From Clostridiaceae bacterium BRH_c20a (GTDB lineage Bacteria; Bacillota; Peptococcia; Peptococcales; BICA1-8), in NCBI GenBank assembly GCA_000961765.1, contig LADT01000016.1, forward strand, positions 138,210 to 202,209: a stretch of DNA of 64,000 nucleotides. The letters are read 5' to 3'. The stretch's first letter is position 1. Every line of letters starts with the position of its first letter. The translations under genes were made by a program, and so were the position numbers. Of the stretch, positions 25,538 to 34,796 are shown piece by piece. The notes beneath the pieces are model-generated. The model saw nothing but the letters and a program-made list of their open reading frames with translations, did not search any database and was not told the DNA's origin.

Positions 25538-25687
25538 TAATTTTTCAAAAAAATTATTGACCAAAATATGTAAATATATAATTCGATAATTAATCCTAAA
25601 GAAGGTAAAAAAATTTTAATCTATTAAAGTAATAAATATCTTTTTATAGAATAGTATGTACAGATATTATTCTAAGGAGAATCTATT

Positions 25688-26338
25688 ATGCACACTAATC
25701 ATCTAGAAAAAACAATCCTAAAAAAGGTTGATGAACTAATTGAAATTCTTATTTGTTTAAGTAGAGAAGAGGAAAATAATGTTGATTTATATACTAAAGT
25801 TGTAGAAAAGGCACAGGAAATTCTTCCCCTGATTCTCCATTTCGTTGAAGGTAATATTAATTTAGCAGCTCCCATGCTCTATCAACTGATAATGGAAAAG
25901 CTTCCTGACCCCCAAATAATTTCAAGCTTTGGAAACCTCCAGGAAGAGATTAATATTTTAATAAATAAGGTAATAAATAATAATTATGAACCAAGAAAAT
26001 CCTCAAATATTTTACCGATAGCAAATAAGGCTCCACAAAGGGAATTAAATAATACAGAAGTAGATGTAACCATTTATTCTTCCGCATTAAAAGCGTTCCC
26101 TAATGTAGAGGTTTTGTTTAATTACCGACTTGGCGGAGAAAATTTAGAACTATATATTCCTGATTTAAAAATAATTCTGTCTACAGATAAAACAAAAAAT
26201 ACAAATGCTAAGCTAAAATACTTTTCTAAAAAGCAGGGTTTAAAACTGATTCATGTTCCTACCGAGATAGCTTTAGATTATCGTAAGCTATTCAGATTTA
26301 TTAAACAACAAATTATAAAAGTAGAAGGGATTTTCTAA
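25688..26338 (+). CDS. Hypothetical protein; the C-terminal ~90 aa weakly resemble a DUF559/Vsr-like PD-(D/E)xK fold
   Basis: 216-aa ORF. C-terminal 'LELYIPDLKIILSTDKTK...GLKLIHVP' is reminiscent of the 'vDF..p..klviEvDG' pattern. Weak. Confidence 0.5.
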   Translation: MHTNHLEKTILKKVDELIEILICLSREEENNVDLYTKVVEKAQEILPLILHFVEGNINLAAPMLYQLIMEKLPDPQIISSFGNLQEEINILINKVINNNYEPRKSSNILPIANKAPQRELNNTEVDVTIYSSALKAFPNVEVLFNYRLGGENLELYIPDLKIILSTDKTKNTNAKLKYFSKKQGLKLIHVPTEIALDYRKLFRFIKQQIIKVEGIF

Positions 26339-26381
26339 GTAGAAATTGAATTAATAAATAACTAGGTATCTGGTATCCTTT

Positions 26382-26404
26382 AAACGTACCTTATGGGTAC
26401 GTTT
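26382..26404 (+). terminator. Hairpin after the 216-aa ORF
   Basis: aaacgtacc / ggtacgttt with a 5-nt loop, followed by a T-rich tail. Confidence 0.7.
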
Positions 26405-26533
26405 ATTTCTTTAAATAAAAGGGGGACATGCTCATCCCTATGCATTATAATGTTAAAAAAAGAGAGATGCTTTATAATAAATAATTGCCCGTTGGGTGTG
26501 TATTGTATGTAATTAATTAATTAGGAGGTCAAA

Positions 26534-28078
26534 ATGAAAATTACTTTTTATGGGGCTGCAGAAACTGTTACAGGTTCATGTTTTAAACTAACAACAGATA
26601 ATGGTTCTAATATTTTAATTGACTGTGGATTATTCCAAGGCTCAAGGGAGCTCAAGGAAAGAAATTATGGGGATTTTGCTTTTGATCCTTCCGAAATTGA
26701 TGTAGTCCTTTTAACCCATGCTCATATTGATCACAGTGGGCTAATTCCCAAATTGTCTAATAAGGGCTTCCAAGGCAAGATATTTACAACTAATGTGACA
26801 AAGGAACTTTGCTCTATAATGCTGCCTGATTCAGGTCACATTCAAGAGATGGAAGTAGAAAGAAAGAATCGTAAATTAGCTAGAGCAAATAAACCATTAT
26901 TAGATCCTATATATACTGTTGAGGATGCTGAAAAATGTATGGGACAGTTTGTAGGAGTGGCTTATAATACTCCCGTTGAAATACTCCCGGAAATTAAAAC
27001 GATTTTTAAAGATGCTGGACATATTTTGGGTTCTGCTATGATTGAACTATATGTTGAAGGTAAAAAGATTCTGTTCTCTGGAGACATTGGCAATAATGAT
27101 CAACCTATTATTAATGACCCTACAATAATTGATCAAGCGGATTTTGTTATTATGGAATCAACCTATGGTAATAGGTTTCATCTTGAAACCGAAGATAAAG
27201 CAACGCAGTTGGTACAAATTATAAATAAAACCATTCGTAAAGGTGGTAATTTAATCATACCTGCCTTTGCAATCGAAAGGACACAGGACTTAATATATCA
27301 TTTGAAGAAAATAGTAAATTCTGATTTAATACCAAAAATAGATATATATATCGATAGTCCATTGGCAATTAGGGCAACAGAAATTTTTTGCAAATACCCT
27401 GACTTTTATGATGAGGATGCCACAAAATTAAAGGAAGAGGAGAACCAATGTATATTCGATTTTCCAGGTCTGAAGTATACATTATCAGCTGATGAATCAA
27501 AAGCAATAAACTTTTTAAAAAACAATAACATAATAATATCTGCTAGTGGTATGTGTGATGCAGGAAGAATTAAACATCATTTAAAACATAATCTTTGGAA
27601 GTCTCAAACAACTGTTCTTTTTGTTGGATATCAAGCACAGGGTACTTTAGGCAGGAAAATACTAGATGGGGAAAAAGTTGTGAGAATCCATGGTGAAGAA
27701 GTAGCAGTTAATGCCGATATTGAAAATATTGAAGGCTTTTCAGCCCATGCTGACCAAAAAGCTTTAGTCGAATGGGTTCAAAAGTTTAAAGATAAACCCG
27801 AAAAGATATTTCTCGTACACGGTGAGCCTGAAGGAATGCAGATGCTGGCTAAAGTAATTAAAGATGAAACTAAAAATAATGTGCTAATTCCAAAAGTAGG
27901 AGAAACAATCGAATTAATTAGGTCAAAGGAAACTGTTGCAGAGGTTTCTGACTTTGAAAAAGAAATTTCTAAAACCTTCGAATTATTTGAATCAAAATTA
28001 CAGGATATTCTAAATAACTCTGGTAACAGCACAAAAATATTAGAAGAACTTGATAAATTAAAAACTAAAATTAAGTAA
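26534..28078 (+). CDS. MBL-fold beta-CASP family metallo-hydrolase (RNA-metabolising nuclease type)
   Basis: 'LIDCGLFQG' and 'LLTHAHIDHSGLIPKL' (HxHxDH). 'MESTYGNR', 'ISASGMCDAGRIKHHL' and 'EGFSAHADQ' (beta-CASP motifs). Confidence 0.85.
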   Translation: MKITFYGAAETVTGSCFKLTTDNGSNILIDCGLFQGSRELKERNYGDFAFDPSEIDVVLLTHAHIDHSGLIPKLSNKGFQGKIFTTNVTKELCSIMLPDSGHIQEMEVERKNRKLARANKPLLDPIYTVEDAEKCMGQFVGVAYNTPVEILPEIKTIFKDAGHILGSAMIELYVEGKKILFSGDIGNNDQPIINDPTIIDQADFVIMESTYGNRFHLETEDKATQLVQIINKTIRKGGNLIIPAFAIERTQDLIYHLKKIVNSDLIPKIDIYIDSPLAIRATEIFCKYPDFYDEDATKLKEEENQCIFDFPGLKYTLSADESKAINFLKNNNIIISASGMCDAGRIKHHLKHNLWKSQTTVLFVGYQAQGTLGRKILDGEKVVRIHGEEVAVNADIENIEGFSAHADQKALVEWVQKFKDKPEKIFLVHGEPEGMQMLAKVIKDETKNNVLIPKVGETIELIRSKETVAEVSDFEKEISKTFELFESKLQDILNNSGNSTKILEELDKLKTKIK

Positions 28079-28080
28079 AG

Positions 28081-28122
28081 AATAAGTATAGCTTCCGTGT
28101 CATCCGGAAGCTATACTTATTT
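28081..28122 (+). terminator. Strong terminator after the beta-CASP gene
   Basis: 17-bp perfect stem aataagtatagcttccg / cggaagctatacttatt with a 7-nt loop. Confidence 0.85.
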
Positions 28123-28158
28123 CAAATAATAGTACTAAATATTTAGGGAAGATTAAGA

Positions 28159-28187
28159 TTGACACTAATTTTCTAAAGTTGTATCAT
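28159..28187 (+). promoter_or_regulatory. Sigma-A promoter upstream of trkA
   Basis: TTGACA (28159-28164), 17-nt spacer, TATCAT (28182-28187). Confidence 0.6.
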
Positions 28188-28232
28188 TTATAAAAGCAAG
28201 CTTGATAAAGTCTGTTAGTGGGGTGGAAAATT

Positions 28233-29573
28233 ATGCGGGTTATAATTATTGGTGCAGGTAAAGTCGGCTATAATATTGCACAAATATTGTCATATGAAAA
28301 TCATGATGTTGTAGTTATAGAAAAGGATGAGGAAAGGTATAAAATTATTCAGGATAGTTTAGACATCCAAGTAATTCAAGGCAGTGGTGCCAGCTCGGCA
28401 ATTTTGGAGGAAGCGGACATATTTAATGCTGATCTTTTAATTGCGGTTACTGAAGTTGATGAATTAAATATGATTTCTTGTGTCTTAGCAAAACAGTATG
28501 GAGTACCAAAAACAGTTGCTCGTGTTAGAAATACAGAATACGCAGATAACAATCGTTTAACACAGACTCCTATTTTAGGTATAGATTTATTAATTAATCC
28601 GGAGAAGGTAACGGCATCAGAAATCTCACAGTTAATTGAAGTTCCGGAAGCAATAGATGTGGAATATTATGCTGATGGAAAAATTCAATTATTAGAGCTT
28701 GCAATAGGTGATGATGCCCCAGTTATCGATAAATATTTAAAAGATTTGGATTTGCCCTATAGGTACGTTATTGTATCTATACTCAGAGACGAAAAGATGA
28801 TAATTCCCCGGGGTAATGATCTCATTAAAAAAAATGATATCATATTTATTTTAGCTAAAACAAAGGACATGATCCATATTGAAAAATTAATTGGGAAAGA
28901 GAGAACGAAAATTAATAATGTCATTATCTTAGGTGGTGGCAGAATAGGATATTATTTGGCTAAACTTTTAGAAGAGAAAAAAGTCGGAGTAAAAATTATT
29001 GAAAAGAACTATCAAAGATGTAAGGAGCTTGCTAGAAATTTAAATTCATCATTAGTGTTACATGGTGATGGTTCAGATATTGATTTATTGAAGGAAGAGG
29101 GAGCAGGACAAGCTGATGCTTTTGTGGCACTAACTGATGACGATAAATTGAATTTACTGGTTTCTTTATTAGCAAAACATTTAGGTGTCAAAAAAACAAT
29201 CGCTCAAATTAGACGTTCTGATTATCTTCCACTAATAGAAAGAGTAGGAATAGATATTGCAGTAAGTCCGAGGCTTATAACAGCTGCTGCTATTTTAAAA
29301 TTTATTAGAAGAGGTAATATTATCTCTGTTTCTTTACTAAGTGGTGCAAAAGCAGAAATGATAGAATTAATAGTTCCCCAAAATGCTAAGATAGTTAATA
29401 AATATTTAAAAGATTTGGCTTTCCCGGAGGGAGCTATAATTGGTTCTATCTGCCGAGGTGATGATGCCTTAATACCTACCGGAAATGATTACCTTGCTCC
29501 CGATGACCGGATTATCGTTTTTGCATTACCTAAAGCTGTACACAAGGTAGAAGCCTTTTTTTCAACAACATAA
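28233..29573 (+). CDS. trkA: Trk system potassium uptake protein TrkA (two tandem RCK/NAD-binding units)
   Basis: 'MRVIIIGAGKVGYN' and a second 'VIILGGGRIGYYLA' Rossmann motif. I prefer the ATG at 28233 over the GTG at 28218. Confidence 0.9.
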   Translation: MRVIIIGAGKVGYNIAQILSYENHDVVVIEKDEERYKIIQDSLDIQVIQGSGASSAILEEADIFNADLLIAVTEVDELNMISCVLAKQYGVPKTVARVRNTEYADNNRLTQTPILGIDLLINPEKVTASEISQLIEVPEAIDVEYYADGKIQLLELAIGDDAPVIDKYLKDLDLPYRYVIVSILRDEKMIIPRGNDLIKKNDIIFILAKTKDMIHIEKLIGKERTKINNVIILGGGRIGYYLAKLLEEKKVGVKIIEKNYQRCKELARNLNSSLVLHGDGSDIDLLKEEGAGQADAFVALTDDDKLNLLVSLLAKHLGVKKTIAQIRRSDYLPLIERVGIDIAVSPRLITAAAILKFIRRGNIISVSLLSGAKAEMIELIVPQNAKIVNKYLKDLAFPEGAIIGSICRGDDALIPTGNDYLAPDDRIIVFALPKAVHKVEAFFSTT

Positions 29574-29585
29574 GCGAGGTTTACT

Positions 29586-31028
29586 ATGAATTTTAGAGTG
29601 ATTTTTTCAACATTAGGGATTATTTTAATGATAATTGGCATCAGTATGCTACTGCCCTTGGCCTGGTCTGTATATTATGCTAGCAACGACTTATTGGCTT
29701 TTATCATCTCTTCTGTCATAACTTTTCTTGTTGGTTTATTCTTATTTAAGGGAATTAAAAAGCCTGGCGAAATTCGATATAAAGAAGGCTTCGCTATTGT
29801 TTCTCTCTCTTGGGTGTTGGCTAGTATTTTCGGGGCGTTACCTTACCTTATTTCAGGAACCTTTACAAATATAGCAGATGCTATTTTTGAAACCATGTCA
29901 GGTTTTACTACCACTGGAGCTAGTGTTTTAACAGATATTGAAGTTTTGCCCCATGGTATTCTATTCTGGCGCAGCTTAACCCATTGGTTGGGTGGTATGG
30001 GTATTGTTGTTCTTTTTGTGGCTGTATTGTCATCTATAGGGGTTGGGGGAATGCAGATGTTTCGAGCGGAATCCCCAGGGCCTGTTGCAGAAAGAATTAA
30101 GCCTCGTATCAGTGAGACAGCAAAAATACTCTGGTTTACTTATGTAATTTTTACAATTATCGAAATAATTTTGCTCTGGATTTTTGGCATGAATCTATTT
30201 GATGCTATGTGTCATACTTTTGGAACATTAGCTACCGGAGGCTTTTCCACTAAAAATCTGTCCATTGGTTACTATAACTCTACTATCCAGTGGATAATAA
30301 TTATCTTTATGTTCTTATCAGGTGCCAATTTTGCATTATATTATTCTTTCCTTCATAATAAAACACCAAAGGTATTCTGGAAAAGTGATGAATTTCGGTT
30401 ATATTCATATATTATTTTGAGTTCAATTACAATAATAACAATTATACTAGCAACTAACTCCTATATGCCATTAGATGAAGCAATTACAGCAGCAGCTTTT
30501 CAGGTAGTGTCAATTATTACTACCACAGGCTATGCTACATATGACTTTGATCAATGGCCCCTTTTAGCTAAGAGCATACTATTTACTTTAATGTTTGTAG
30601 GTGGGTGTGCCGGTTCTACCGGTGGTTCGATTAAAGTAGGCAGAATACTAATATTAATAAAACAAGCTGCTTTGGAATTAAAAAAAGCCATTCATCCTAG
30701 AATGATTATCCAGTTGAAAATCCGCGAGAAGGTTATTCCAGAAAATATTGTAATAAATATTTTGCAGTTCTTTTTTATTTATATGATGATTTTTATGCTT
30801 TCATCTATTATCATGACAGGTTTTGGTTTAGATATTTTAAGTGCTATGACTTCGGTTGCAGCTACTCTAGGGAATGTTGGTCCAGGACTTGGTTTGGTTG
30901 GACCAGCTCAGAACTACAATTTTGTTCCTTCCTTAGGCAAATTATTTCTATCCTTTTTAATGCTATTAGGTAGATTAGAGCTTTATACTGTACTAGTAAT
31001 ATTTAGTCCCCATTTTTGGAAAAAGTAG
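29586..31028 (+). CDS. trkH: Trk/Ktr-type potassium uptake membrane subunit TrkH
   Basis: 480-aa polytopic protein with 'SGFTTTGAS', 'ATGGFST', 'TTTGYAT' and 'LGNVGPGLG' pore-loop repeats. Confidence 0.9.
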   Translation: MNFRVIFSTLGIILMIIGISMLLPLAWSVYYASNDLLAFIISSVITFLVGLFLFKGIKKPGEIRYKEGFAIVSLSWVLASIFGALPYLISGTFTNIADAIFETMSGFTTTGASVLTDIEVLPHGILFWRSLTHWLGGMGIVVLFVAVLSSIGVGGMQMFRAESPGPVAERIKPRISETAKILWFTYVIFTIIEIILLWIFGMNLFDAMCHTFGTLATGGFSTKNLSIGYYNSTIQWIIIIFMFLSGANFALYYSFLHNKTPKVFWKSDEFRLYSYIILSSITIITIILATNSYMPLDEAITAAAFQVVSIITTTGYATYDFDQWPLLAKSILFTLMFVGGCAGSTGGSIKVGRILILIKQAALELKKAIHPRMIIQLKIREKVIPENIVINILQFFFIYMMIFMLSSIIMTGFGLDILSAMTSVAATLGNVGPGLGLVGPAQNYNFVPSLGKLFLSFLMLLGRLELYTVLVIFSPHFWKK

Positions 31029-31040
31029 TTTTGATATGAT

Positions 31041-31052
31041 ATAATGAATTAT
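31041..31052. promoter_or_regulatory. Possible Fur/PerR-type box overlapping an extended -10 upstream of the fur-family gene
   Basis: The dyad ATAAT-GA-ATTAT overlaps TGaTATAAT (31037-31045). It resembles half-sites of 7-1-7 Fur/PerR boxes. Confidence 0.3.
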
Positions 31053-31076
31053 TATTTTTAATATAAAGGTGAAAAT

Positions 31077-31526
31077 ATGCCCTACTTAGAAGATATAAAA
31101 ACCCGTTTAAAAGCAAAAGATTATAAAATTACCCCCCAGAGAAAGGTGATTATTAATGCCTTTGCTCAAAATATGGAAAAACATTTAAGTGCAGAGGATG
31201 TATATCAATTCGTAAAAAACTCACATCCCGAAATTGGTTTAGCAACTGTGTACAGAACTCTTGATTTACTTGCGGAATTACAAATACTGAAAAAAATGAA
31301 CTTTGGAGATGGGCGGTCAAGATACGAGTTTTGTGAAGATGATGATCATCATCATCATCACTTGATTTGTCTGGAATGTGATAAAGTTACTGAATTTGAA
31401 GATGATTTACTGGAAAGCTTAGAGGCTATTATAAGTAAAAAAAATGGATTTAAAATAATAGACCACCAGTTGAAATTTTATGGATACTGTGTAGATTGTC
31501 AACAAGAAAAAAGGGGCAAGGACTAG
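31077..31526 (+). CDS. Fur-family transcriptional regulator (Fur, PerR or Zur; not resolvable by eye)
   Basis: 'ITPQRKVIINAF', 'ATVYRTLDLL', 'DDDHHHHHLICLECDKV' and 'CVDC' metal sites. Confidence 0.85.
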   Translation: MPYLEDIKTRLKAKDYKITPQRKVIINAFAQNMEKHLSAEDVYQFVKNSHPEIGLATVYRTLDLLAELQILKKMNFGDGRSRYEFCEDDDHHHHHLICLECDKVTEFEDDLLESLEAIISKKNGFKIIDHQLKFYGYCVDCQQEKRGKD

Positions 31527-32011
31527 AAACTGGATATTTTCCAGGTACCTTGCTCTTTCGTCATTTTGAAGTTGTGAGGACCAAAGGAAAAGTCCTGTAA
31601 TTTTTCTGTCTTTTTATGTCCTGATGTTAAACTAATTGGAAAACCTTTAAGGGTAGCTTGTACTTTTAAATCTACTGTTTTCAATTCATGTTTAATGATG
31701 GAAATATTATATTTTTTCTCAGTTAGGTTGATTCCTTGATCAATTTCGAGGCTTGCTTTATAAGCTTGTAAGACTTCAGTTATTATTTCATTATTATTAA
31801 ATGCTCTTTTTGCGAGAATTTCTGCTTGAGCCAAGTCTTTGGCCTGCCAGATATCATGATATGCATCCATTGCGGTACCAAATTCCCGCTCAATTTCCTT
31901 TTTGACTTCTCTTTGTTCACCGCTACACCCAGCTATTAGTAGAACAAAGATAATGAAAGGGATAATCGGTTTTATTTGGAATAAACATATATTAAAAATA
32001 CTTCTTCTCAT
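31523..32011 (-). CDS. Putative lipoprotein, function unknown
   Basis: Signal peptide with lipobox 'LIAGCSG'. 162 aa. Confidence 0.6.
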   Translation of the reverse strand: MRRSIFNICLFQIKPIIPFIIFVLLIAGCSGEQREVKKEIEREFGTAMDAYHDIWQAKDLAQAEILAKRAFNNNEIITEVLQAYKASLEIDQGINLTEKKYNISIIKHELKTVDLKVQATLKGFPISLTSGHKKTEKLQDFSFGPHNFKMTKEQGTWKISSF

Positions 32012-32044
32012 TATGTTCCTCCTTTAGTAATTTGTTGTTTAAGT

Positions 32045-32971
32045 TTAAGTTAGTTGAGCCAAAAGCAGTAGTTTATTTTCTGATAAATCTTGAATAACAC
32101 AGTTCCAATTGAAACCTTTTTCCATCCAAAAGGCAAGCTTTTCGCCTAATCGGCAATTTAGATATCCAATTTTTTCACCATTTTTATTAAAAACAACTAA
32201 ATTTTTTTGGATTTTTCTCAGAGTAATTTTTTCCTCAAGTTTAATATCAGGTTTGGGGAGCTTTTCTGAACAAATTTTGCTAGTCAATGAAATTTGGTGT
32301 AAAAACACTGGTGGAAAAGGGTTAAGCTTTCCTTGGTAACATTCATTATGAAGATTAATAGTTGCTGGTTTATTAGTGATATATTCTATTGTAACTACAT
32401 TTAAGGGTGGTTTGATTCTTTTCCCGCACTTTAAACAGTAATCCACATATCCTAAATTATTAGCATAAATACTTTTTTTGATATTGCCCCATTTTTGCCA
32501 ACTTTTCCATTTGATTTTACATAATTTCTGTCTATTTTCTAAATCAGCAAAAACCCATTTTAGTAGCCGATGAAATCCAAAGGCATAACGGGCATGCTTG
32601 ATAAAGTCTTTAGGCAGACCAAGACTGATTACATACTGATTAAAAGATTCTTCCACTTTCAATTGTAGAGTGCCTTCGATTTTTGTGCTTTTCCATTGAT
32701 ACTTATTCTTTTCCAACCAATCTCTTAGCTTATCAAACATATAGCCTTGGCACAGCTCTATAATATGGGACTTATTGACATTCAGTTTGCGGAAACCATT
32801 TTTAACAATTTTAATTACATAATCTTGGTATGCTTTTTGAAGAAATAATTGTGTTTGATAAAACTCCAACGGTATAACTTCAAAATAGTACTGGTTATTT
32901 TCTGTATTTAGTATCCCAATACCTGTGCCCCCAATAAGACTACCACTTCCAGCATCATCAATTTGTATCAT
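32045..32971 (-). CDS. Hypothetical protein: N-terminal 'IDDAGSGSLIGG' motif, central CxxC zinc-ribbon-like segment, C-terminal HIRAN-like segment
   Basis: 308-aa ORF with 'CLKCGKRIKP...HNECY' and 'NLVVFNKNGEKIGYLNCRLGEKLAFWMEKG'. Confidence 0.55.
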   Translation of the reverse strand: MIQIDDAGSGSLIGGTGIGILNTENNQYYFEVIPLEFYQTQLFLQKAYQDYVIKIVKNGFRKLNVNKSHIIELCQGYMFDKLRDWLEKNKYQWKSTKIEGTLQLKVEESFNQYVISLGLPKDFIKHARYAFGFHRLLKWVFADLENRQKLCKIKWKSWQKWGNIKKSIYANNLGYVDYCLKCGKRIKPPLNVVTIEYITNKPATINLHNECYQGKLNPFPPVFLHQISLTSKICSEKLPKPDIKLEEKITLRKIQKNLVVFNKNGEKIGYLNCRLGEKLAFWMEKGFNWNCVIQDLSENKLLLLAQLT

Positions 32972-33142
32972 TGTTCCACCCCAAAATAAAACTTGTCTTA
33001 TTTATTATAGACAAAAGATTTTAAAAAAATTAATAATTATATTTTTGACGTAAATTATATAAAAACATAATAATTTTGAAGGAATTACTTAGTAGTTTAG
33101 CGTATTAATTAGGGATGTTATTTTAGTTAAGGAGGCACTAAG

Positions 33143-34771
33143 GTGAATAAGACATATATTGATGGTTCTACCTTACGCGCCATGGTTTTGACCGGTGCCA
33201 GTAAATTAGAAATAGAAAAATCAAAAATAGATAGTTTAAATGTCTTTCCAGTACCTGATGGAGATACAGGGACTAATATGTCATTAACACTTGCTTCAGC
33301 TGCCAAAGAAGTTGAAAAGCTACCAAAGGATATTCCTTTATCTCAAGCAGCAGACGCTATGGCTTATGGTGCTCTAATGGGAGCACGAGGAAATTCAGGT
33401 GTAATTTTATCACAGTTACTCGGAGGTTTCTCAAAGGCACTTTCTAATGCAGACAAAATAAATGCCCATTTATTAGCTAAAGCATTTAGTCAAGGGGTAG
33501 ATGCCGCTTATAAAGCGGTAGTAAAACCTGTAGAGGGAACTATTTTAACAGTTGCCAGAGAAGCTTCAGAAACCTTGAATTCTAAAATTACTGATGAAAC
33601 TGAAATAACAAAAGCCTTTGAAATTTATTTAGATCAAGGCTATAATACTTTGTCAAAAACACCGGAAATGCTGCCAGTGCTGAAACAGGCTGGTGTTGTA
33701 GATGCAGGCGGACAAGGATTGTTGACAGTAATTGAGGGGATGCTGGCTGGTTTCAAAGGAGAAACAATTCAAGGAAAAGCAACTATAGAACAAAAGTCTT
33801 ACACTACTCAGACTTTTCCAGTTAGTAATTTTATAATTAATAATAATGAGATACAGTTTCAATACTGCACCGAATTAATTATAAAAAAAATTATTGATAC
33901 TAATACAACGACCCAAGAACAAATTAGAGCATTTTTAGAGGAAAAGGGAGATTGTGTACTAGTAGTAGGTTCTGATAATATCACCAAAATTCATATACAT
34001 ACCAATAACCCTGGTTTAGTACTAGAATATTGCTGCAGACTAGGATCATTGCATGATATAAAAATTGAGAATATGCGAGAACAGAGTCGGGAATTAATGA
34101 TAGCTGTGCCAAATAAAAACATTGGTGTAATAGGAGTTAGTGCCGGTGAAGGAATTAATGAAATTTTTCGTAGTTTAGGTGTTGATTTTATAATAATGGG
34201 CGGACAAACAATGAACCCAAGTACGGAAAATATTTTGTCTGCAATAGAGGATGTGAATGCACGAGAAATACTTATTCTTCCTAATAATAAAAACATTATT
34301 TTGGCAGCTCAACAGGCAGTAAAACTTTCTTCAAAATCTGCTAAAGTTGTTACAACTAAGACTATACCCCAGGGAATAAGTGCTTTAATGGCATTTAATG
34401 GGGAACTAGATCTAAATATAAATTATAAAAAAATGCAAGAAGCGATATCCAATATTAAAACTTGCGAAATCACTTATGCAGTTAGAGATGCCCAGCATGG
34501 AGACCTTTTCATTAAAGCAGGTCAGAATATTGGAATTATTGAGGGTGAAATTGCTTATATTTCCGATGATATTGAGGATGTAATTTTAAATACACTACAG
34601 AAAATAATTGAAAATAAAGATGAACTTGTTACTCTTTATTATGGTGAAGATGTCAAAGAAGCTCAGGCAGAAGAATTACTGCAACGTATTTCAAAGCTTT
34701 ATCCTAATGTAGATTTCGAACTGCATTATGGCGGTCAGCCTCTCTATTATTATTTAATATCGATAGAATAA
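33143..34771 (+). CDS. yloV: DAK2 domain fusion protein YloV
   Basis: 'VFPVPDGDTGTNM' and 'GARGNSGVILSQ' (DhaL-like), plus the YloV C-terminal domain. 542 aa. Confidence 0.88.
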   Translation: MNKTYIDGSTLRAMVLTGASKLEIEKSKIDSLNVFPVPDGDTGTNMSLTLASAAKEVEKLPKDIPLSQAADAMAYGALMGARGNSGVILSQLLGGFSKALSNADKINAHLLAKAFSQGVDAAYKAVVKPVEGTILTVAREASETLNSKITDETEITKAFEIYLDQGYNTLSKTPEMLPVLKQAGVVDAGGQGLLTVIEGMLAGFKGETIQGKATIEQKSYTTQTFPVSNFIINNNEIQFQYCTELIIKKIIDTNTTTQEQIRAFLEEKGDCVLVVGSDNITKIHIHTNNPGLVLEYCCRLGSLHDIKIENMREQSRELMIAVPNKNIGVIGVSAGEGINEIFRSLGVDFIIMGGQTMNPSTENILSAIEDVNAREILILPNNKNIILAAQQAVKLSSKSAKVVTTKTIPQGISALMAFNGELDLNINYKKMQEAISNIKTCEITYAVRDAQHGDLFIKAGQNIGIIEGEIAYISDDIEDVILNTLQKIIENKDELVTLYYGEDVKEAQAEELLQRISKLYPNVDFELHYGGQPLYYYLISIE

Positions 34772-34796
34772 TAACTTAAAAAACGAGGTGACTAAT

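Noticed and set aside
28079-28232. A c-di-AMP (ydaO/kimA-type) or other riboswitch ahead of trkA-trkH. Likewise a lysine riboswitch ahead of kamA (52239-52415) and a SAH riboswitch ahead of ahcY (38904-39008).
   Set aside because: The leaders are short and AT-rich, with no conserved G+C-rich helices. The promoter-to-start distances (about 45 nt for trkA) leave no space for an aptamer.
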